A stretch of DNA of 56,371 nt, taken from an uncultured Gammaproteobacteria bacterium (GTDB lineage: Bacteria > Patescibacteriota > Microgenomatia > UBA8517). The notes under the pieces are model-generated. The model had not been told where the DNA came from. It searched no databases and saw only the letters and a program-made list of their open reading frames with translations. The DNA is taken from assembly GCA_964463425.1 (NCBI GenBank), contig CAYXBV010000002.1, forward strand, positions 14,297 to 70,667, read 5' to 3'. A program made the position numbers and the translations under genes. Positions 47,529 to 55,870 of this stretch are shown here, in pieces. The number at the start of each line of letters is the position of its first letter. The first letter of the stretch is position 1.

Positions 47529-49445
47529 TTATTCAACAATTTCTCCCTCTTCAACTTTTTCGTCCTTTTCAACTTTTGCCTTTTTCTTTTTCGAATTACC
47601 GCCTTTATCTTTCTTATCTTTTCCCTTTGCACCAGCCTCTGGTGAACCAGATTTTTCGTACATTGCCTGACCTATTTTTTGAAGTTCTTCTGATAATTCT
47701 TGTGTTCTTTTCTCAATTTCTTCTTTATCTCCCTTTTCTATTATGTCTTTTAGAGCCTTTATTTTTTCTTCTATCTTTTCCTTTATGTCTTTTTTCACCT
47801 TGTCTCCAGCATCTTTAAGTGCTTTTTCAGCCGTCGCCACCATTGCGTCAGCTTGATTTTTAGCCTTGACCTGTTCTGCTTTCTTTTCGTCTTCTTCTTT
47901 GTGCTTTTCGGCTTCATCTTGCATTCTCTTTACCTCGTCGTCGCTTAGGCCAATTGCACCAGTTATTGTTATATTTTGGCTTTTGTCTGTAGCCTTATCT
48001 TTTGCAGTTACCTTCAATATCCCAGAAGCATCAATATCAAATGAAACTTCAACTTGTGGCACTCCTCGTGGTGCAGGAGGAATACCATCTAAAATAAATC
48101 TTCCCAAACTCTTGTTATCGGCAACCATTGGTCTTTCACCTTGGGTTACGTGAATATCGACTTGTGTTTGATTATTGGCCGCGGTTGAAAAAACCTCAGT
48201 TTTACTAGTGGGAACAGTTGTATTTCTAGGTATCATTGGTGTGGCAACATTACCCAAAGTTTCAATAGCTAGTGTTAATGGAGTTACGTCCAAAAGAAGA
48301 ATATCTTTTACTTCTCCTCCTAAAACCCCTGCCTGGATAGCCGCTCCTACCGCAACTACTTCATCTGGATTAACAGACTTATTTGGTTCTTTTCCAAAAT
48401 ATTCCTTAACCCATTCAATTATCTTTGGCATTCTGGTCATTCCACCCACCAAAATAACTTCGTCTATTGTGTGAGGATCAAGCTTTGCATCTTTGAGACA
48501 GGCCTCAACTGGCTTCATTGTCCTTTCAATCAAATCTCCAACTAAACTTTCAAATTTTGCCCTAGTAAGCTTCGTTGTCAAATGAAGGGGTTGACCATCT
48601 CTTTGAGTAATATAAGGTTGATTAATTTCAACTTCCTGGGTCGCCGATAATTCAATTTTTGCCTTTTCTGCGGCATCCCTTACTCTTTGAAGGGCCTGCT
48701 TATCTTTTTTAAGATCTACAGCGTTGTCTTTCTTAAACTCAGCGGCTATCCAATCAACAATTGCTTCATCGAAATCATCTCCACCCAAATGTGTGTCTCC
48801 ATTAGTGGATTTCACTTCAAAAACTCCCTCTCCTAATTCAAGAATTGAGATGTCAAATGTTCCACCACCAAGGTCATAAACAGCAATTTTCTCTGCTTTC
48901 TTTTTGTCAAGTCCGTACGCCAAAGCGGCTGCCGTGGGTTCGTTGATTATCCTTTCAACCTTCAATCCAGCGATTTTCCCAGCTTGCTTGGTAGCTTGTC
49001 GTTGAGCATCATCAAAATAAGCTGGAACCGTAATAACGGCTTTTTCAACCTCTTCCCCGAGATAATCCTCAGCGTCCTTCTTTAATTTCATCAATATTCT
49101 TGCTGAAATTTCCTGAGGTGTAAAAATTTTGCTTTCAACTGAAACAGCTACCGTTTTGTCCTTTCCGGCTACTATTTCGTACGAAACCATTTTTTTTGTT
49201 TTCTCAACTTCCGCATCCCCAATTCTTCTACCCACCATTCTCTTTATGGAAGAAATTGTATTTTTAGGATTGAGAATCATCTGGCGCTTGGCCACATCTC
49301 CAACTAAATTCTTAATTGGTTCTACTACGCTTGGAGTAAGATTTCGACCAGTATCAGCCGCGGGAATAACTTTTGGTCTTCCCCCTTCCATAACAGCCAC
49401 AACAGAATTTGTTGTTCCTAAATCTATACCAATTATTTTAGACAT
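47529..49445 (-). CDS. dnaK: molecular chaperone DnaK (Hsp70)
   Basis: 638-aa ORF with [29 protein letters not shown] and a K/E-rich C-terminal tail. Confidence 0.97.
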   Translation of the reverse strand: MSKIIGIDLGTTNSVVAVMEGGRPKVIPAADTGRNLTPSVVEPIKNLVGDVAKRQMILNPKNTISSIKRMVGRRIGDAEVEKTKKMVSYEIVAGKDKTVAVSVESKIFTPQEISARILMKLKKDAEDYLGEEVEKAVITVPAYFDDAQRQATKQAGKIAGLKVERIINEPTAAALAYGLDKKKAEKIAVYDLGGGTFDISILELGEGVFEVKSTNGDTHLGGDDFDEAIVDWIAAEFKKDNAVDLKKDKQALQRVRDAAEKAKIELSATQEVEINQPYITQRDGQPLHLTTKLTRAKFESLVGDLIERTMKPVEACLKDAKLDPHTIDEVILVGGMTRMPKIIEWVKEYFGKEPNKSVNPDEVVAVGAAIQAGVLGGEVKDILLLDVTPLTLAIETLGNVATPMIPRNTTVPTSKTEVFSTAANNQTQVDIHVTQGERPMVADNKSLGRFILDGIPPAPRGVPQVEVSFDIDASGILKVTAKDKATDKSQNITITGAIGLSDDEVKRMQDEAEKHKEEDEKKAEQVKAKNQADAMVATAEKALKDAGDKVKKDIKEKIEEKIKALKDIIEKGDKEEIEKRTQELSEELQKIGQAMYEKSGSPEAGAKGKDKKDKGGNSKKKKAKVEKDEKVEEGEIVE

Positions 49446-49451
49446 TTTATT

Positions 49452-49892
49452 TTATTTTCCTTTCAATACTTTAACTTTTGCTGGACGAATTATTGGCCCA
49501 TTACTAAATTTCCATCCATTTAGTACTACTTCGGCAATTTCTCCGTCTTTTCCGCCTTTTACAACCTCGACAGCTTCACATATTTCTTCATTAAATTTAT
49601 CACCTTGTTTTGCCTCAATTTTTTCAATTCCCTCTTCTCTCAAAATCTTCCTGAACTCTTCTAATACTAAAACAATTCCAGAATCTTTCAAGTGCCTTTG
49701 TGTCTCTTCCAACATATCAAAAATAATTAACATTTTGATGGCAAATTTAATACTAGCTACTTTCTCGAAACCTTCTTTTTCTCTTTCAATCCTCTTTCTT
49801 AAATTATCGTAATCTGCCAGAGCACGTACTAATTGATTCTTTACTTTTTCTAGCTCTTTCTCGTTAATTTTTGTTGTTGTTTGTTTTTTCAT
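49452..49892 (-). CDS. grpE: nucleotide exchange factor GrpE (short)
   Basis: 146-aa ORF with RALADYDNLRKRIEREKE and a C-terminal beta domain (GWKFSNGPIIRPAKVKV). It sits between hrcA and dnaK. Confidence 0.88.
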   Translation of the reverse strand: MKKQTTTKINEKELEKVKNQLVRALADYDNLRKRIEREKEGFEKVASIKFAIKMLIIFDMLEETQRHLKDSGIVLVLEEFRKILREEGIEKIEAKQGDKFNEEICEAVEVVKGGKDGEIAEVVLNGWKFSNGPIIRPAKVKVLKGK

Positions 49893-50617
49893 TCTGCTAT
49901 CTCCTGAACTAGGTTTCCAAAATATCGTAATATCGGAATAATGGTTGGATAACTTAACCTAACTGGTCCAATTATCCCCAACGCCCCACGTTTTTTACCC
50001 GCATTAAATCTAGTTGCAATTATACCTATTGGAGACATTCCTAGCCAACCCAATTCTTCCCCAAAAACCACTTCCACGGGGGTTTCTCCCTGAACCTTTT
50101 CAAAGAAAAGCTCGTGAAGTCCCTTGCTTTCTTCTAGGAAGGCAAAAATATTTGCACAAACTTCTAGATCAGCAAATTCTGGACTTAAAAAAACATTTGA
50201 GTACCCAGAATGAGAAACTTCACCATCGTCGGTAACAGCTATTGCTAAACTTTTTGTTCGATCAGCTAAAGCGTGAGCCACTTCATCTAGAAGATGTGGC
50301 AAATCTTTTCTGGAATCCCAAATCTCTTCTTTTGCTTTTACTTCCTCTGTTAGGCTCATTTGTTTTTCCTCCATTAATTGCTCCACATAAAATTTCATTG
50401 CTTTAGGACTAGGAATTCTACCGGCTGATGTGTGTGGTTGCCTTAAGAAACCAGTTTTTGTAAGCAAAACCATTTCATTTCTTATTGTTGCTGGAGATAC
50501 GCCTAAATTGTATTTTTTATCCAAAGCTTCAGAGCCAACAGGTTCTGCCGTTTCAATATACTCGTCTATCAAACTTTTCAAAATTTGTGTTTGTCTAGCC
50601 GTAATTCCATCGGTCAT
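49889..50617 (-). CDS. hrcA: heat-inducible transcription repressor HrcA (short form)
   Basis: MTDGITARQTQILKSLIDEYIETAEPVGSEAL is a canonical HrcA N-terminus. The track ORF begins 12 codons upstream at a TTG that is itself the -35 box and would translate the CIRCE element, so the ATG at 50617 is preferred. Confidence 0.85.
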   Translation of the reverse strand: MTDGITARQTQILKSLIDEYIETAEPVGSEALDKKYNLGVSPATIRNEMVLLTKTGFLRQPHTSAGRIPSPKAMKFYVEQLMEEKQMSLTEEVKAKEEIWDSRKDLPHLLDEVAHALADRTKSLAIAVTDDGEVSHSGYSNVFLSPEFADLEVCANIFAFLEESKGLHELFFEKVQGETPVEVVFGEELGWLGMSPIGIIATRFNAGKKRGALGIIGPVRLSYPTIIPILRYFGNLVQEIAE

Positions 50618-50643
50618 TAGCAGAAGATTAACACGAGTGCTAA
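50617..50643 (-). promoter_or_regulatory. CIRCE-like HrcA operator
   Basis: Minus strand reads TTAGCACTC-GTGTTAATC-TTCTGCTAA against consensus TTAGCACTC-N9-GAGTGCTAA. The left arm matches 9/9 and the right arm 6/9, with outer arms TTAGCA/TGCTAA perfectly inverted. Confidence 0.65.
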
Positions 50644-50653
50644 TTCGTGTCAA
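50625..50653 (-). promoter_or_regulatory. hrcA operon promoter overlapping CIRCE
   Basis: Minus strand reads TTGACA (50653-50648), 17 nt, TAATCT (50630-50625), then 7 nt to the ATG at 50617. Confidence 0.55.
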
Positions 50654-50666
50654 GACCTTTTTGCTG

Positions 50667-52400
50667 TTATTGAATCATTGTCGTATCAGTTTGCGGTGGA
50701 GTAATTGGCTCCTGATTTTTAAGTGGTATAGGGGTTATTTTGCGTTTAATAAAAGTTCTTTTTAATAAATTAAAGAATATCTTTACCTCTTTTTGCTTCA
50801 ATATGATTGCCAACCCCAAATACACAAAAGCCCCCATTAGAGAAACAGCAATTGTTAATACTAATAAATTCCCCGTGTATCGTGTATCTAAAACAAATTT
50901 TTCAAAAGGAATAACCGAAGATGCTTCAATCTTGCCAAGAAAAGAGAGTCTTTTAACCCAGGCCGACCTGTCAAAAATCCTAAGAACAAAATACATGACA
51001 GAACCTGCTCCAATGGCAGAAATTCCTGATTTTAAAATCGGGGAAACAAGTTTCAGGAAAGGCTTTTTGCCTATTCTTTTACTTAACAGAATAAAAAGCA
51101 GGATCGCCTGATAAGTAGAACCTATTGAATAAGCAAGTGCTAATCCCCAAACAGGAAGCCCCAGTCTTTTAATAAAAATAAAATCAGCGAGTACTATTAT
51201 AATGATTCCACTAATTGAAACCATAACTGGCGTCTTAGTATCATGAAGTGCGTAAAATGCTCGAGACAACAAAGAGTTGGCAGCTTGAAAAACAACGGCG
51301 GCGGCGAATGTAGAAACCACCATTCCAGTTTGAACAGTCGCCTCCCAATCAAACATGTCACTCCCAAAAACAAGCCTTACTATCGGAATCCTTAATACCA
51401 CTAATATCGTAGCCACAGGTAAAACCAAGAAAACGATTTGATAAAGGGCGCTGTAAAAGGTCTTTCGAAACTTCTTCATATTTTCTGCTTGTCTTGCTAA
51501 TGTAGGTAGAGCCGCTTTGGCAATAGAGGTTCCAAATAAGCCCACTGGCAAAAGCTGCAACGAGTTACCAAAGGTGAAATAAGTGTAAGAAGCTGTTGAA
51601 ATTAAAGACGCTAAAAACAACTCTACTGTTTTTGTTATTTGTAAAAACGAAAGCTCTAATATTCTTGGTAGTGCAAGTTTCCCTATTTTCTTTACATCTT
51701 TAGTCAAACGAATCGATGGCGAAAATCTAAAGCCCAATTTAATAGCCAGGGGAAGTTGGATCAAAAAGTGCAACCCCGCTCCAACAAACACACCAATTGC
51801 AGGAGACAATAGTTTCATGTCCGAAACTAAAAGTATTGTCCCAAAAATAATTCCTAAGTTATAAAACAATGGGGCTAAAGCCGGCACTAGAAAACGCCTT
51901 AATGATTCCAAAACTCCCGTCAAAACATAACTTACGACAAAAAATCCTTGTGCAGCAAAAAGAATTCTCGCTATCTTGACAATCTCCGCCCTTTCGACTG
52001 GTCCGAATCCGGGAGCAAAAGCAGCATACAAACTATCAGCAAAAATACCGGCTATAATAGCAAACACACCGAAAACCAAAAGGCTTATATTGGTTACGGT
52101 ACCTGCAATTTTCCAAGCATCTGATTTTCCATTTTTAAGTGCTTTTGTAAAAACAGGGATAAAGGCCGAAGAAAACGTTCCAAAAACTAAAACCTCAAAA
52201 ATTAAATCTGGGAGTCTAAAGGCTGCAAAAAACAAACTTAAATCCGCAGGAGCAAAGTAATGCGCTAAAACCCTTTGACGAACCAGTCCCAATATGCGAG
52301 AAGCCATAACCATTAACATAATTATTGATGCAGCAGAAAGAACAGAGGACTGCGGGGAAGTAAATATTTTTTTACTTTTTGAAATAATTTTGTTAACCAT
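50667..52400 (-). CDS. murJ: lipid II flippase MurJ (MviN family)
   Basis: 577-aa polytopic ORF with SRILGLVRQRVLAHYFA and FRLPDLIFEVLVFGTFSSAFIPVF, a typical MurJ N-terminus, plus a C-terminal extension. Confidence 0.88.
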   Translation of the reverse strand: MVNKIISKSKKIFTSPQSSVLSAASIIMLMVMASRILGLVRQRVLAHYFAPADLSLFFAAFRLPDLIFEVLVFGTFSSAFIPVFTKALKNGKSDAWKIAGTVTNISLLVFGVFAIIAGIFADSLYAAFAPGFGPVERAEIVKIARILFAAQGFFVVSYVLTGVLESLRRFLVPALAPLFYNLGIIFGTILLVSDMKLLSPAIGVFVGAGLHFLIQLPLAIKLGFRFSPSIRLTKDVKKIGKLALPRILELSFLQITKTVELFLASLISTASYTYFTFGNSLQLLPVGLFGTSIAKAALPTLARQAENMKKFRKTFYSALYQIVFLVLPVATILVVLRIPIVRLVFGSDMFDWEATVQTGMVVSTFAAAVVFQAANSLLSRAFYALHDTKTPVMVSISGIIIIVLADFIFIKRLGLPVWGLALAYSIGSTYQAILLFILLSKRIGKKPFLKLVSPILKSGISAIGAGSVMYFVLRIFDRSAWVKRLSFLGKIEASSVIPFEKFVLDTRYTGNLLVLTIAVSLMGAFVYLGLAIILKQKEVKIFFNLLKRTFIKRKITPIPLKNQEPITPPQTDTTMIQ

Positions 52401-52443
52401 TTTATGTATTTAGGTATAAGCTTATACTCAGTTTATAGCTTTA

Positions 52444-52472
52444 TTGATATTTTAGCCTTGTTAGATTATACT
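52444..52472 (+). promoter_or_regulatory. rpsT promoter
   Basis: Plus strand reads TTGATA (52444-52449), 17 nt, TATACT (52467-52472), about 50 nt upstream of the rpsT ATG. Confidence 0.55.
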
Positions 52473-52523
52473 CACAAATCAGTGATTATCGTATAGGAAA
52501 TTTTAACAAACCTTTTAAACAAT

Positions 52524-52796
52524 ATGCCAGTTACAAAAACAGCCAAAAGAGCACTAAGATCTTCAAAGAAAAAAGCGCAAATAAACAGCGCTCTTAGATC
52601 TCGTTTAGAAATCGCTATTCGATTAGCAAAAAGCAAAAAGTCAGAAAAAACAGTTGAGGAAGCAGTCTCTTTGACAGATCGCGCCGCCAAAAGAAAAATT
52701 ATTCACCAAAACAAAGCAGCAAGAATGAAAAGCAGTCTTTCTAAACTTTTGCCCAAAAAATCTGCAAAAACCTCCAAAAAAACAACGAAAAAATAA
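52524..52796 (+). CDS. rpsT: 30S ribosomal protein S20
   Basis: 90-aa helical basic ORF with MPVTKTAKRALRSSKKKAQINSALRSRL and IIHQNKAARMKSSLSKLL. Confidence 0.9.
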   Translation: MPVTKTAKRALRSSKKKAQINSALRSRLEIAIRLAKSKKSEKTVEEAVSLTDRAAKRKIIHQNKAARMKSSLSKLLPKKSAKTSKKTTKK

Positions 52797-52871
52797 GCTT
52801 CTGTGTAAGGCTCTCCATATGGTATAGTTTGAATTAAGGAAAAAGGCACGAAATGGTGGTTAATACCGCCC

Positions 52872-52899
52872 TTGTCTAATGTGCTTGTTTAGTTAATCT
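52872..52899 (+). promoter_or_regulatory. possible promoter for the pilN-like operon
   Basis: Plus strand reads TTGTCT (52872-52877), 16 nt, TAATCT (52894-52899), 12 nt before the ATG. An alternative TGcTATAAC lies at 52900-52908. Confidence 0.35.
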
Positions 52900-52911
52900 T
52901 GCTATAACCAT

Positions 52912-53475
52912 ATGGCTGCCCGAAAAAAGAAAAACAAAATAAACTTGCTCCCGCAAGAAGAGTTTGCCCAATCAACACTGGGACGTGTTTTGGCTTGGCT
53001 TTTATCTAGTTTTAGAATAATTGTCATTGTCACAGAAATATTTGTCATGATGGTTTTCCTCTCCCGCTTCTGGCTTGACGCAAAATCAGCTGACCTTAAC
53101 GACCTAATAACACAAAAACAAGCCATTCTTGTCGCTTCTGCTGAATTTGAAAATGAATTTCGAGGCGTTCAACAAAAATTAAATATTTTTTCAGACCTCA
53201 CAGAAGTCGATCAACCAACAACAGGATACCTGAACAGTGTCTCGTCACTTGTTCCTCCAGAAATTGTTCTTTCTTCTTTTTCTTTTGTTGGCTCTGATTT
53301 AAAAATCGAAGGTATCTCCCCCAACGAAAGAGGTATTGCTCAATTCGTAGCCAACTTAGAGGCAAATGAGGAATTCAAAGAGGTAAACATAACTCAAATT
53401 AGCACCGACAAAGATACTCAAATTTTGCTGAATTTTGCAATTAAAATAACGTTAAATACTGAAGGAGGCAAATAA
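52912..53475 (+). CDS. pilN: PilN-like type IV pilus assembly protein
   Basis: 187-aa ORF with the characteristic N-terminus KKNKINLLPQEEF, followed by one TM (VLAWLLSSFRIIVIVTEIFVMMVFL), a coiled coil and an alpha/beta domain. Confidence 0.7.
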   Translation: MAARKKKNKINLLPQEEFAQSTLGRVLAWLLSSFRIIVIVTEIFVMMVFLSRFWLDAKSADLNDLITQKQAILVASAEFENEFRGVQQKLNIFSDLTEVDQPTTGYLNSVSSLVPPEIVLSSFSFVGSDLKIEGISPNERGIAQFVANLEANEEFKEVNITQISTDKDTQILLNFAIKITLNTEGGK

Positions 53476-53476
53476 A

Positions 53477-54151
53477 ATGGCTTTAGGCTGGAGAAAAGAC
53501 TATTTAAGATACCGATCATATTTCCTAAACATCGTAAATATATACAAGAGGCGCGCTGATTTAAAAAGCTTTCTCGAGTTACTGCTTACTTTAGCTGCCC
53601 TTTCATTTTTTGCCTTTTTTGCTTTAAAACCAACCCTTCTTACTGTTATTGAGCTTCTCAAGGAAATAGAAGCAAAAGAAGAAACGATTAGTAAAATGAA
53701 TACTAAAATTGAAAACCTACAGAAGGCACAAACACTATATCTCCAAGAAGAAGCTTCCATTAGCTTACTTAAAACCGCTGTCCCTAACGATCCAGCGCCG
53801 GATCTTTTTGTTCGACAAGTAGAAGGCCTTGCTGTAAATTACCCCGTTAACTTGCTGGGTATTACAATAGGAGAAATTACTCTACTAGGCCCAGAAAAAG
53901 AACAGAGATCTAAAAAGGAAATAACACCATTACCAGAAAACTCAAAGGGGATAACTTTTTCAGTAAGCATCGCGGGGAGTTACCAGGGTGTATCCAATTT
54001 TCTTTCTGCCTTAGAAGACATGAGGAGACCAATAAGAATCGATGCTCTCAACCTTCTTTCGCCCAAGCTCGAGGAAACACAAAATCTAGTTCTTGTAGTT
54101 ACTGGTCGAACACCTTATCTTAAGGAGAACTCAGAAACGGCACTAAAATGA
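53477..54151 (+). CDS. pilO: PilO-like type IV pilus assembly protein
   Basis: 224-aa ORF with a TM (LLLTLAALSFFAFFAL), a coiled coil and a C-terminal domain. It starts 1 nt after pilN. The call rests mainly on architecture and position. Confidence 0.55.
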   Translation: MALGWRKDYLRYRSYFLNIVNIYKRRADLKSFLELLLTLAALSFFAFFALKPTLLTVIELLKEIEAKEETISKMNTKIENLQKAQTLYLQEEASISLLKTAVPNDPAPDLFVRQVEGLAVNYPVNLLGITIGEITLLGPEKEQRSKKEITPLPENSKGITFSVSIAGSYQGVSNFLSALEDMRRPIRIDALNLLSPKLEETQNLVLVVTGRTPYLKENSETALK

Positions 54152-54510
54152 AGAAAGTCAAACAACCAAAATTTGTTACTCTCGGAATATTGTCTCTTGT
54201 CACAATTTTATTTTGGATTGGATTTAGCGCCTATCGCTCATTTACCGCAGAGGTTCCTGTCGAAGTGTCAGATGAGGTATTAAGACCTATCTCTCCTCTT
54301 CTTGATATAGACACTCTTGATAAAGTAAGTAATAAAATATTTTTCATTGAGAGCGAATTGGCAGAAATTGTTTTAACCACTTCCCCCAGCCCATCACCAA
54401 CGGCTTCACCCGAACCAACAGAAGCACCTGAAGAACAAGAAGCGGCAACTGAAAGCGCAACAACAGATGAAACAAATGAAGCTACTGAATCAGGAGACAC
54501 CGCTCTATGA
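54148..54510 (+). CDS. hypothetical membrane-anchored protein (120 aa) with acidic P/T/E-rich tail
   Basis: ORF with an N-terminal TM (FVTLGILSLVTILFWIGFSAY) and a disordered tail SPSPSPTASPEPTEAPEEQEAATES. ATGA overlaps occur with both neighbours. Confidence 0.6.
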   Translation: MKKVKQPKFVTLGILSLVTILFWIGFSAYRSFTAEVPVEVSDEVLRPISPLLDIDTLDKVSNKIFFIESELAEIVLTTSPSPSPTASPEPTEAPEEQEAATESATTDETNEATESGDTAL

Positions 54511-55850
54511 AAAAAAATAAAATTCCCACTTTTTTAGGCATAATTCTTTTAATTATTGGCTTGGCGGCCGGAATTTTTCTTGTCCAGAATGAACAAATTT
54601 TTAAATCAGGAGCTTCCCCACAAGCCTCACCAAAAGACATAAGAGTCACAAACACAACCAATTCTTCTTTTACTGTTTCCTGGGCTACCGACAAAGAAAC
54701 CAGTGGGTTTATTCTCTGGGGAGAATCTGAAAACGCATTGTCGAAAACTGAGCTTAACGAAATAGGCGAAACAAGCAACACTCATTCCGTTACTGTGCAA
54801 GGCCTTACTCCTAACAAAACCTATTACTATGAATTAAGCTCTGACGGGGTTAGTTTTGATAATGATGGAATCCCTTGGCAAATAACTACTGGACCACAAC
54901 TTATTGATCAATCAACTTCAAACTCTATTTCTGGAACAATTTTAACAGCCACCGGCGCACCAGCTGATAAAGCAATTGTTTATATAACTTTGGCTGGAGC
55001 AAGCCCCCGGTCAACAACAACATCGCAAAATGGTAGTTGGGTTGTACCTATTTCCTCAGCAAGAAACCAAAACCTTACCTCCTTTGTTGAGATAAACGAA
55101 ACAACTACTCTTATTGAAATATTTGTTCAAGCAGGTCCACGCGGTGTTGCCACAGCTCAAATATATCCAATCGCAGCCAAACCAGCACCTCCAATAATTC
55201 TTGGGGAAAGTATGGATTTTAAAAATGAGCCAGCCAGTAATCCCGGAGGTATTCCAAAAGCAAACATAAATCTTCCAGACGATGCAACAGCGTCTTCGGG
55301 GTTTGAAATATTAGACGATGCAACAGCTCCTTCTACAGAAACGGTTACACTAGAAAACATTGAAGAAGGTGAGGCAATCACCAGCACTGAGCCTGAATTT
55401 TTCGGCGAAGGGCCTCCGGGAACAGCAATTACAATTACGGTCGAGTCTGATCCCGTTACTGAACAAACAACAATTAACTCATTGGGTGATTGGAATTGGA
55501 GCCCTCCTGAAGGACTCAGTGAGGGTTCTCATAAAATAACTATTACCTGGCGTGACACTGGTGGAATACTAAGAACTTTAACGCGCACCTTTATAGTACA
55601 AGCAGCCGAAGGGCCAGCTTTTGAATCAACACCTTCGGCAACACCAACTGCAACACCTACATCATCGCCGACACCATCAGCGAGTCCGACACCATCAATC
55701 GCATCATCGCCAACTGCAACACCTATTTCCCCCGCCTCTGTGGCCACAGACTCAGGAAACTTGAAACCTACAATTCTGTACTCCATAATGGGATTAGGAT
55801 TAATTATTTTTAGTTTAACGCTTGGCTTTTTTACTTTTAAGAAAACCTAA
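54507..55850 (+). CDS. surface protein with FN3-like and Ig/CarboxypepD_reg-like domains, PT-rich stalk and C-terminal anchor
   Basis: 447-aa ORF with an N-terminal TM and an FN3-like segment (IRVTNTTNSSFTVSWATDKETSGFILWG...LTPNKTYYYEL). It continues with ISGTILTATGAPADKAIVY..., a PT-rich linker (TPSATPTATPTSSPTPSASPTPS), a hydrophobic segment and KKT at the C-terminus. Confidence 0.7.
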   Translation: MKKNKIPTFLGIILLIIGLAAGIFLVQNEQIFKSGASPQASPKDIRVTNTTNSSFTVSWATDKETSGFILWGESENALSKTELNEIGETSNTHSVTVQGLTPNKTYYYELSSDGVSFDNDGIPWQITTGPQLIDQSTSNSISGTILTATGAPADKAIVYITLAGASPRSTTTSQNGSWVVPISSARNQNLTSFVEINETTTLIEIFVQAGPRGVATAQIYPIAAKPAPPIILGESMDFKNEPASNPGGIPKANINLPDDATASSGFEILDDATAPSTETVTLENIEEGEAITSTEPEFFGEGPPGTAITITVESDPVTEQTTINSLGDWNWSPPEGLSEGSHKITITWRDTGGILRTLTRTFIVQAAEGPAFESTPSATPTATPTSSPTPSASPTPSIASSPTATPISPASVATDSGNLKPTILYSIMGLGLIIFSLTLGFFTFKKT

Positions 55851-55870
55851 AAAAAGTGTAGTATTAAAAC

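Noticed and set aside
52401-52523. The strand switch at the divergent murJ/rpsT spacer, after 52 kb of purely minus-strand genes, could mark a replication origin.
   Set aside because: The spacer is only 123 bp. I could find no DnaA-box-like TTATNCACA repeats or AT-rich 13-mers, and no dnaA or dnaN lies nearby. The spacer is fully explained by back-to-back promoters. A GC-skew calculation over the whole contig would be needed to revisit this.
52815-52914. The palindrome CCATATGG occurs twice, at 52815 and 52907, flanking the rpsT-pilN spacer. A GGTGGT-TAAT-ACCGCC hairpin lies between the copies.
   Set aside because: An 8-bp AT-centred palindrome occurring twice is plausible by chance. The second copy simply contains the pilN ATG. 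The hairpin has no U-tract, so it is not a convincing rpsT terminator.
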